Assembly: GCA_963796965.1 (NCBI GenBank)
Contig: CAWCNS010000011.1
Coordinates: 352,001 to 416,000, forward strand
Direction: 5' to 3'
From: Calditrichia bacterium
Lineage (GTDB): Bacteria > Calditrichota > Calditrichia > JAJRVZ01
DNA: 64,000 nucleotides
Made by a program: the position numbers and the translations under genes. Under the pieces are notes generated by a model. It was not told where the DNA came from. It made no database searches and worked only from the letters and a program-made list of their open reading frames with translations. Shown one piece after another: positions 55,722-64,000 of this stretch. Positions within the stretch are counted from its first letter, which is position 1, and each line of letters starts with the position of its first letter.

Positions 55722-55749
55722 GTAGTGGCCGTCGATAAACGGCCACTAC
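55722..55749. repeat. GTAG-type REP palindrome
   Basis: gtagtggccgt-cgataa-acggccactac. Confidence 0.75.
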
Positions 55750-56255
55750 TATGCCTTATTTGCCAAATTTATCGGCCTTGATAAATCTATCCACTCAGAC
55801 TGCTTCTCCAATTTATTTAAATTTTTGCTCCCCGTTACAACATTCCGGTGATTCTCATCACAGGTGTTTCAAACTTTACCTTATTGATCATGTACGTCCC
55901 TGTAACCAAATCCAGGGAGGTCTGCTATGATCATCATTCTTGTTATTCTCACTGCATTTATTTCAATTAGTATTGACTATTTTATGAAACTCAATAATGT
56001 AAGAAAGAAAGAGGAAAAGTTACTAAAAGAAGCCATAAAAGATCGGAATAAGGCCTTCAAAGAAGTTCTTAATTATCAATGATATGTTATGGTACGGATT
56101 AACACGATTATATCGGGAGACTTTGTCCTTCTGTCATTCAGAGTGGATCATTCAGTTCATAGTTTACTTATTACAAGTAGGAAGATCCTTACTGGATGAC
56201 CGGACCGAGGAATAACGGTAATTATGTAGTCAGATAAAAATTTAGCCAATCAGGA

Positions 56256-58070
56256 TTATGAGGGGAGTGGAAAAGTTATTTGAAATTCTGAGTATTTCCC
56301 TTCCTCAGAATTCACTTCAACCTTACCACCTAGTTTATCAACCATCTGCTTTATGATATCCATACCAATACCCCGGCCGGCAACAGTATTTGCCTTTGTT
56401 GCAGTTGTGATACCTGGCATAAAAATAGTATCCATCACCTGTTTCTCGTCCCACTGATCAATTTCATTATCTTTCCAGTTTCCACTCCGCTTTGCCACAT
56501 TTCTTAATCTAGAAAGTTGAATTCCTCTGCCATCATCATGGAAACTGAATCCAATGAGATTATCACCCTTAAATGTCTTCACCGTAATCTTCCCCACCTC
56601 ATCTTTTTTCGCCTTTTTTCTTTCCTCAGCTGTCTCAATACCATGGTGAAATGCATTTCTTGTCAACTGGACTAGGATATCCTTTAGATCCAAACGACAA
56701 TTATAGGGAATGGCGACCCCATCAAAATTATTATATACCAGTTCAACCTTTTTACCTGTGCTGCCTTCCAGATTAGCGATCAGGTTTTTTACCGCACGGA
56801 AAAGCAATTCTATTTCATAGGATCTTTTTGGTCTGAAATTTTTATATATATGACTGAGTTTGGAGATCAGCTGATTTATGTCATCAACACCATTTTGAAT
56901 ATTCTCCAGGCATTGGCATAATGATTTTAAGTCTTTCTCAGTTGGTTCATTTCCCTCTTTAAGTAAAGTGATAAATTCCTCAGCCTTATGTGCTTCATTC
57001 ATAAAAAGCTTAAGGTCGAGTATTGCAGCGTTGCCCTTAATCAGATGCATATTCCGAAACATCTGGTCAAGAATCTCATTCCTTTTCTTTGAACCGACAA
57101 GGTTACCAAGCATTTTTTTGGATTCATCGATATCACGCTCCAGACTCTCAATAAAATCTTTCAACAATTTTGGATCAACATGAAGAACACCTAACAAAGA
57201 ATCCATTTGTTTTCTGGACTCTTCCTCCAGCCTCTGTAGCTTTTGTTCGAGCAATACTTTTTGTGTGTTATCCGTCACCATGAATATAAGCCTGTCAATG
57301 GATTCTTCCGAAGCAATTCTCTGGCACTCAAATGATAAATATTTTACCGCTAATTCACCATCTGAATCAGAGTTTATTCGGTATTGAATATCACTGAGCG
57401 GATTAAGATCTTCAATCATCGATTCATCAATTTTCTCATCGAAACAGATCTCTATAAACTCTGAGCAAGTCTCACAGGTCTTGTCCGGAATTTTGCCATT
57501 GAGTAATTCCAAAAGAGCAATATTTTCCAAATTATTGGTCCCGAGGATTTGTTCAAGAGCTTTTGAATATTGCGACAATATCCTCCCTTCTGAATCTAAG
57601 AGGAAAAGTCCTTCCTTAACATTATCCAGTATTCCGTCTGTATTTCGTTTAGCTTCTATCAACTCACTATTCTGGCTTTCTACCAATCGCCTGTTCTTAT
57701 CTAATTCAAGAAGTATATTAACTTTAGATTTCATTATTTCCGGATCGAAGGGCTTAAACATATAATCAATAGCACCTGATGCATAACCTTTAAATATATG
57801 CTTGTCTTCTTTGCTAATAGCTGAAACGAAAATGATAGGTATATGCTTGGTGGAGGGATTTCCCCGTATGAGCGTTGCTGTTTCAAATCCATCCATACCG
57901 GGCATTTGAACATCAAGAAGAATGAGTGAAATATCATTTCTTAAGAGTTGTCTCAACGCCTCTTCTCCACAATCAGCTGTGACAAATTCCAAAAGCGGAT
58001 TTTCAAGCGTGCTTTCCAGCACCATTATATTTTCCGGGCGATCATCAACCAGAAGAACCTTTTGAATCAT
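56256..58070 (-). CDS. REC-PAS-HPt-HATPase CheA-like kinase lacking a CheW domain
   Basis: LLVDD...LLDVQMP REC; FRNMHLIKGNA HPt; RNAFHHGIE, DDGRGI, AGRGIGMD class II kinase core. Confidence 0.85.
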   Translation of the reverse strand: MIQKVLLVDDRPENIMVLESTLENPLLEFVTADCGEEALRQLLRNDISLILLDVQMPGMDGFETATLIRGNPSTKHIPIIFVSAISKEDKHIFKGYASGAIDYMFKPFDPEIMKSKVNILLELDKNRRLVESQNSELIEAKRNTDGILDNVKEGLFLLDSEGRILSQYSKALEQILGTNNLENIALLELLNGKIPDKTCETCSEFIEICFDEKIDESMIEDLNPLSDIQYRINSDSDGELAVKYLSFECQRIASEESIDRLIFMVTDNTQKVLLEQKLQRLEEESRKQMDSLLGVLHVDPKLLKDFIESLERDIDESKKMLGNLVGSKKRNEILDQMFRNMHLIKGNAAILDLKLFMNEAHKAEEFITLLKEGNEPTEKDLKSLCQCLENIQNGVDDINQLISKLSHIYKNFRPKRSYEIELLFRAVKNLIANLEGSTGKKVELVYNNFDGVAIPYNCRLDLKDILVQLTRNAFHHGIETAEERKKAKKDEVGKITVKTFKGDNLIGFSFHDDGRGIQLSRLRNVAKRSGNWKDNEIDQWDEKQVMDTIFMPGITTATKANTVAGRGIGMDIIKQMVDKLGGKVEVNSEEGKYSEFQITFPLPS

Positions 58071-58074
58071 ACCT

Positions 58075-58668
58075 TCATCCATCACATAACTCACTAATTT
58101 TTAAATATATTTTATCAAGAGGGAGAATATAATCTACCTTAAATGCTTCTATCGCAGATATCGGCATGATCGGTACTTCTGCAGTATCCGGATCTTCAAC
58201 GATGGTGATTCCCCCACACTTTTTTATTTTTTTTAGACCGACAGCCCCATCAGAATTTGCTCCGGTTAGGAGTATCCCAATCAGACTCTCTCTATATACA
58301 TCTGCTGCTGTTTCAAATAGCAGGTCAACGGCTGGCCTGCAAAAATTTATTTTTGGATCAATTGTCAACGAAAATGTGCCGTCCTGCTCCACGAGCAGAT
58401 GATAATTTGCCGGTGCCAGGTAAACCGTGCCACCAAGAATAGGTTCTTTTTCATCTGCCTCTTTTACTTTTAGAGAAGTAATTCCATTTAAAATCCTGAC
58501 CATAGCTCCATCGCTCTGAGGGGAAAGATGCTGTACAACAATTATCGGTATATTAAACTTCTTAGGCATTGCTTTGAGTAAATGACTTAATGCATTTAAT
58601 CCACCTGCTGAGGTGCCGATTACTATTGCCTTAAAACCTCTTTTATGTACGCTCCTTTCAGTCAACAC
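58075..58668 (-). CDS. cheB: Stand-alone CheB methylesterase
   Basis: GTSAGG, VQHL, TGANSDG catalytic triad; no REC domain. Confidence 0.92.
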   Translation of the reverse strand: MLTERSVHKRGFKAIVIGTSAGGLNALSHLLKAMPKKFNIPIIVVQHLSPQSDGAMVRILNGITSLKVKEADEKEPILGGTVYLAPANYHLLVEQDGTFSLTIDPKINFCRPAVDLLFETAADVYRESLIGILLTGANSDGAVGLKKIKKCGGITIVEDPDTAEVPIMPISAIEAFKVDYILPLDKIYLKISELCDG

Positions 58669-59479
58669 GTTTATAGATCTTTTCCTTGGCATCATATTCC
58701 TGAAAATTGTTTTTCATCTTAGAAAACTTTACGGTTTCTTTGCTTCCCAGGCATAAGATACCTCTTCGCACAAGACTGTCATGGAACAAATTTAGAACTC
58801 TTCCCTGCAGATCTTTATCAAAATAAATTATAACATTCCGACATACCACAAGATTCATTTCACCAAATACGCCATCGGTGACAAGATTATGTTGAGAAAA
58901 TACAATATTCTTTTTTAAACTATTATTCATAATTGCTGCTTTGTACCTGGCGGTATAATAATCCGCAAAAGAGGCTTTGCCACAAGCTTTTTGATAATTT
59001 TGAGTATACTCCTTGATTCTGTCAAGGGGGTAAATACCTTCTTTTGCCGTTTTTAAAACTTTGTCATCAATATCAGTTGCATATAGCATGGCGTTTTCAA
59101 GAAGGTTTTCTTCTTTCAACATGATCGCCATCGAGTATACTTCTTCCCCCGTTGAGCATCCGGCATGCCATATTTTAAAAAAGGGATATGTTTTTAATAT
59201 AGGTATTACTTTTTCCCTCACCGCACAATAAAAGGATGGGTCGCGAAACATCTCTGTTACATTTATGGTTAAATCCAATAACACCGATTCAAAGAATGAT
59301 TTATCATAAAGTAATCGGTGCTGCATGGCTGAGATACTATCCAGGCCGGATCGGTTCAACTTATTTTTTACACGTCTGTTTAACGAAGCCCGTGAGTAGT
59401 TCCGGAAATCATACCCATATTTTTTGTAGATCGCTTCTATAAGTAAATCTATCTCGATCGTCTCATTATCTGTTGTCAT
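58658..59479 (-). CDS. cheR: CheR methyltransferase
   Basis: INVTEMFRD, WHAGCSTGEE, CRNVIIYF. Confidence 0.95.
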   Translation of the reverse strand: MTTDNETIEIDLLIEAIYKKYGYDFRNYSRASLNRRVKNKLNRSGLDSISAMQHRLLYDKSFFESVLLDLTINVTEMFRDPSFYCAVREKVIPILKTYPFFKIWHAGCSTGEEVYSMAIMLKEENLLENAMLYATDIDDKVLKTAKEGIYPLDRIKEYTQNYQKACGKASFADYYTARYKAAIMNNSLKKNIVFSQHNLVTDGVFGEMNLVVCRNVIIYFDKDLQGRVLNLFHDSLVRRGILCLGSKETVKFSKMKNNFQEYDAKEKIYKRVD

Positions 59480-59516
59480 ATCTTCAATCTTTAAAATTCA
59501 CTTAATTTTACCACAA

Positions 59517-62500
59517 TTATTTATACAACCACACCTGCATTAGAGATAATAATTTTTCTATATCAATTGGTTTTGATAAGTAATCACTGGCACCTGCCTC
59601 GATGCATTTTTGTCTATCTCCCTTCATTGCTTTAGCCGTCAGGGCGACGATGGGTAGATTCTGATGTTCTTTTATTTTACGAATTTGATGCATCGCTTCA
59701 TAACCATCCATCTCGGGCATCATAATATCCATAAGTACAAGATTAAAATCAGCATTCTCCTTTAATCTTGATAATGCCTCTTTCCCGTTCTCTGCAACAA
59801 CAATTTCCATATCTTTCTCGCCTAAGACGCTGGATAAAGCAAATATATTTCTTACATCATCATCCACTAATAGGATTTTTTTATCTTTAAAGATATCGTC
59901 ACCAGCGGTGGTTACTTTAAGACTGCCTTGTTCATTTTCCGGTAAATCGGATTCAACATGATGTAGGAATAAACTCACCTCATCTAATAATCTCTCTGGT
60001 GATTTTGCCCCTTTAATAATGATGCTTTCAGCATGTTTACGAAGTTTTTTCTCTTCCGCTTTTTCCAGATCCTTCCCTGTATAAATAATAATGGGTAGAT
60101 CATGGTATTTTTCACTTGACTTAATCGTATCTAAAAGATCAAAACCGGAGATATCCTTGAGGCCAAGATCAAGCACCATACAATCGTAATCATCTTTTTC
60201 AAGGTATTCGAGAGCAATCTGCCCCGTATCAACACTCGAAATCTCGACGCCACTGCTGTTTAGCAGTTCTTCTATGCTTTTACGCATATCTTTATCATCT
60301 TCTACAATCAAAACTTTATTGATATCTCTGGAAATAATGGATTCGATTTTATCAAAGGCATTGTCCAAACCTTCTTTACTGACTGGTTTGGTCAGGTATC
60401 CTACAGCCCCCATCTTCATAGCATCAAGTTTCTGATCATGGGCGGATATAAAATAGACCGGAATATGGCGGGTTTTGCGGCTTTTCTTCAATCGCTCCAT
60501 GACTGTCCACCCGTCAATTCTGGGTAATCCCACATCGAGTATAACTGCGTTGGGATTGTATTGCATAGCCATTTGAAGCCCGGCTTCGCCATCCTCTGCA
60601 AGAATACATTTAAATCCCTTTTCACGAATAAGATCAAATAAAATTGAGGCAAACCTTGGATCATCGTCCACGACAAGAATCGTGGTGTCATCCTCGGAAA
60701 GATCCATCCGATCGTCACGAATCTGGTTTACCTGACTTTCCTTCTTAGGTACCACTTTTGGAATGGACCTTGGCTCTTCTACCTCAGTATCCTCTACCTG
60801 GTCCTCTACATACTCGATTGTATCATCCTCTGGAATTGCATAGGGCAGAAATATTGAGAAACTACTCCCTTTTCCAGGTGTGCTCTCTAACTGAAGTTCA
60901 CCTTTAAGCATTTTTGCAAGTTCTCTGGATATCGACAAACCCAGTCCTGTCCCACCAAACTTTCTGCTTGTTGTTCCATCCGCTTGTTGAAATGCTTCAA
61001 AAATAAGCTGCTGTTTCTCTTCAGGAATCCCTACACCTGTATCGGTAACCGATAGTTTAAGGGTTTGATCCGGATCCAGATCTGGATTGGTCAATACATC
61101 TTTTTTGTTTGGTTTGTTTAATTCTACCGTAATACCACCACTATCCGTGAATTTTATAGCATTTGAGAGAAGGTTTTTAAGGATTTGTTCTACCCGCTGA
61201 CGATCGGTGAGTATCTTCTCAGGTATGCCCTTTCCCTTTTTCACTTTTAAATAAAGCCCTTTTTCATCCACCATATGACCAAAATTCTTCTTCAGATAAT
61301 CTGGCAGATGAGCAAGCGTCATATCTCCAATATTCAGAATCATTTTCCCTGACTCTATTTTTGACAGGTCTAATATTTCATTGATCAATTCGAGCAGATC
61401 TCCGCCGGATGAATGGATAGTTGTCGCAAAATCCACCTGCTTTTCTGTCAGATTTCCGTCTTTATTATCGGCAAGAAGTTTGGATAAAATCTGAATGCTG
61501 TTCATAGGCGTGCGTAATTCATGCGACATATTTGCCAGGAATTCTGATTTGTATTTGCTTGTTAACTCCAGTTGGTGGGCATTTTCTTCTACTTCTTTTT
61601 GTGCTATTTGCAAATCAGAATTTTTCTTTTCTATCTGATCTTTTTGTTTTTCCAATTCCTCATTGGCCTCTAAAAGATCATCCTGCTTTTTCTTTAATCC
61701 ATCTTCGGAAGCCTTGAGTGCCTTTGCCTGCTCTTCTAGTTCCTCATTCGTGACACGAAGTTCTTCCTGCTGAGATTGTAACTCTTCATTAGTTACACGC
61801 AACTCTTCCTGCTGCGCTTGTAATTCCTCTGCTTGCTGTTGTGTTTGCTCCAACAACTCTTGCGTCCGGGTTCTTGATTCTGCAGAATTGATGGCAATGG
61901 CAATATTTTCGGAGACTTGTTTAAAGAACTCCATCTGCTCGTTTTCAAGCGGATTTGCTGAACCGACTTCTATGACACCGCTTATTTTATCTTCAAAAAC
62001 CAATGGACTGACAATGATATTGCGTGGTACTGATTCACCAAGTCCTGAATTAATTTTTATATAATCCTCAGGAACATCATTAAATATAATCGTCTGTTTC
62101 TCCAGAGCTGCCTGTCCAATTAACCCATCACCTTCTTTAAATGAATTGTTGTTTCCTTTTCTATGATTATAGGCATAACTGCCTAGTAAATTGAACTCTT
62201 CCGAGCCATTCCGAAGATAGATCGCTCCGATTTGTGCATCTGAGTATTTCGTTAAATAGGCGATAACATTTTGAGCCAGAGTTTTCAAATCCTGTTCACC
62301 ACGCATTAGATCATTTACCTCTGACACGCCTGTTTTTAACCAGGTTTGTTTTTCAATCTCAGTCATTGAGGATTGAAGATTCTCACGCATGGTCTGCATT
62401 GCCTGACCGAGCTCATCATCTTCAGAAAGGATCTTGACTTTTACTCCAAGATTACCGGCTGCAATTTGAGAGGCAACCTCGGCATTTCCGGAAAGATTGG

Positions 62501-63209
62501 TCTGCAAAACCCGAAGTGATCTCATGGCATCACCTAATTCATCTTTCCTGCGTGTATTAATCACATCCTTTACATTTCCAACAGAAAACTTTTTAAGAGA
62601 TTCAATTATTCTTTTAAGATCAAAAATGATCCTGCGATTGATTAAATACATCATCACACCAAAAGTGATAAGGATACAGAGGACGACAATAATTGTTGCT
62701 AATAATCTTTGCTGATTGAGGGAAGCATAGGTCTCTTCAAGAGAATATCGAATGCTCACAACGGCAAGAGGCTCTCCAATTCTGACGTCATGACATTCGA
62801 GACATCCTTGTTGTGCAGGAAGTGTTTCAATGACACGAATCACCCGCTCTTCCATATATTCTTCTTCAAAAAATCTGGACTGACCACTAAGAATAACCGC
62901 TTTTTCAGCTGCATCCATTTCCATTGCCTTATCTTCATCAATAATGGCAGTAGGAACAACATGAACATCCCTAAAATTTTCAATTTCGTTAAACATATGC
63001 GCATAAGGTTGTGCACTGGTGACACCCTCGCCCATAGAAAAATTGACGGACTTCATCAATATGTCTTTAACCTCACGGACGTTGATCTCTGCTTTAGCCA
63101 TCTCGTGTGATGTGCTCTGACTGAGCAGTATAATTAACCCTCCACCTAAAACAATCAAGAGGCATGATGCTAATATGAAACCTATACCTGTCGAAATTGA
63201 GTTCTTCAT
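59517..63209 (-). CDS. Hybrid histidine kinase: periplasmic heme-c sensor, HAMP, GAF, Q/E coiled coil, HisKA, HATPase, three REC
   Basis: CLECH between two TMs; QQEELRVTNEEL repeats; MSHELRTP; three receiver domains. Confidence 0.92.
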   Translation of the reverse strand: MKNSISTGIGFILASCLLIVLGGGLIILLSQSTSHEMAKAEINVREVKDILMKSVNFSMGEGVTSAQPYAHMFNEIENFRDVHVVPTAIIDEDKAMEMDAAEKAVILSGQSRFFEEEYMEERVIRVIETLPAQQGCLECHDVRIGEPLAVVSIRYSLEETYASLNQQRLLATIIVVLCILITFGVMMYLINRRIIFDLKRIIESLKKFSVGNVKDVINTRRKDELGDAMRSLRVLQTNLSGNAEVASQIAAGNLGVKVKILSEDDELGQAMQTMRENLQSSMTEIEKQTWLKTGVSEVNDLMRGEQDLKTLAQNVIAYLTKYSDAQIGAIYLRNGSEEFNLLGSYAYNHRKGNNNSFKEGDGLIGQAALEKQTIIFNDVPEDYIKINSGLGESVPRNIIVSPLVFEDKISGVIEVGSANPLENEQMEFFKQVSENIAIAINSAESRTRTQELLEQTQQQAEELQAQQEELRVTNEELQSQQEELRVTNEELEEQAKALKASEDGLKKKQDDLLEANEELEKQKDQIEKKNSDLQIAQKEVEENAHQLELTSKYKSEFLANMSHELRTPMNSIQILSKLLADNKDGNLTEKQVDFATTIHSSGGDLLELINEILDLSKIESGKMILNIGDMTLAHLPDYLKKNFGHMVDEKGLYLKVKKGKGIPEKILTDRQRVEQILKNLLSNAIKFTDSGGITVELNKPNKKDVLTNPDLDPDQTLKLSVTDTGVGIPEEKQQLIFEAFQQADGTTSRKFGGTGLGLSISRELAKMLKGELQLESTPGKGSSFSIFLPYAIPEDDTIEYVEDQVEDTEVEEPRSIPKVVPKKESQVNQIRDDRMDLSEDDTTILVVDDDPRFASILFDLIREKGFKCILAEDGEAGLQMAMQYNPNAVILDVGLPRIDGWTVMERLKKSRKTRHIPVYFISAHDQKLDAMKMGAVGYLTKPVSKEGLDNAFDKIESIISRDINKVLIVEDDKDMRKSIEELLNSSGVEISSVDTGQIALEYLEKDDYDCMVLDLGLKDISGFDLLDTIKSSEKYHDLPIIIYTGKDLEKAEEKKLRKHAESIIIKGAKSPERLLDEVSLFLHHVESDLPENEQGSLKVTTAGDDIFKDKKILLVDDDVRNIFALSSVLGEKDMEIVVAENGKEALSRLKENADFNLVLMDIMMPEMDGYEAMHQIRKIKEHQNLPIVALTAKAMKGDRQKCIEAGASDYLSKPIDIEKLLSLMQVWLYK

Positions 63210-64000
63210 TTTTCAACCTTCATTATATAATTATTTTCAATTTTTTTGTATTTGTCACGAATTTCACTTAGTGAATATATTAATTTGTGATGTATTAAGT
63301 TTATCGGTCATAAATGAGTATTCTTGAGAAAATTCGACACTATGGTCGAGAAATATTAAGTATATATTTCTTTGTATATTCTGGGGTTAGGGTAAATTTA
63401 TGCTTAAGAGATACATACAGATACACAAATTTCGCTTATATACAAATTTAACCCTGCGAAAGAATAAAATTCCCAAGGTGAATACTTTGCTTCTGTAGAA
63501 TTTTAAATCTATTGAGTAGTGAGAAAAGTTAAGTTCAATCAAATTGAAAGATGATAGGATGATCATATAAAAAATAAATAGACCTGACCATCTTAGATAC
63601 AGTTGAATAAAATGACGGTATGATTGTATTAGACAATAACCACAATTTGGAATAAAAATGAAATTAATAACGAGAAAAATTGCTGAAAGTCTGATCCGGA
63701 CATCAAATCCAGATTCAATCAAAAATAGACCAGAGTTCCGATATCTTTAAAAGTGATTTTCACCTTTCCAAATGGCAAATCCCTTGTGGTTAACTATGAT
63801 AGCCATATTCAGGAAAAATCCTATTACCTCATCGATAAAAATTAAAGATTGCCCTATTTCCCCTTCCCACTTATATTTGAATAAATTTACGATTTCTGAG
63901 AAATCTAATCTCTTTCAAACATTTTTTGACTGCATTACTTTAGAATTAAGTGATTCACATTTAGTCACCAGTTTCCTAAACAGACTGGTTGGATAACGGA

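Noticed and set aside
63387..63996. ORFs 63387-63722 and 63772-63996
   Set aside because: No motifs, atypical composition and no RBS; cannot be supported as genes.

Overview
AT-rich bacterial window, probably Calditrichota or a related FCB-adjacent lineage (inferred from many NYPNPFNP...KKMxLLR C-terminal sorting domains, CTDs). The left half (about 2.9-31.7 kb) looks like an integration hotspot 3' of a minus-strand tRNA-Asn(GTT). It has three co-oriented junctions where a tRNA-Asn-type 3' end is fused in frame to a recombinase-like C-terminal tail (HTH-bearing in two copies) with no convincing start of its own. It also holds two paralogous AAA_14/DUF4143 ATPases placed just before tRNA ends, a decayed tRNA-Phe half, an rpmA 3' fragment, an integron-cassette-like GNAT gene, an IS21 element and a run of secreted CTD proteins whose 3' ends are conserved at DNA level. 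The right half is more ordinary: ABC pair, sulfatase, outer-membrane proteins, hydrolases, TetR with two operators, a probable nitrogen-oxide/redox cluster (DUF1858, DUF438-hemerythrin, Rrf2, octaheme HAO-like cytochrome), lpxA, a DoxX-AKR fusion, and a heme-c-sensing hybrid kinase-cheR-cheB-REC/CheA-like operon. Intergenic DNA is rich in several families of non-autonomous palindromic repeats. About a dozen genes are frameshifted, most likely from assembly indels. All family calls are by motif recognition; no database searches were run.
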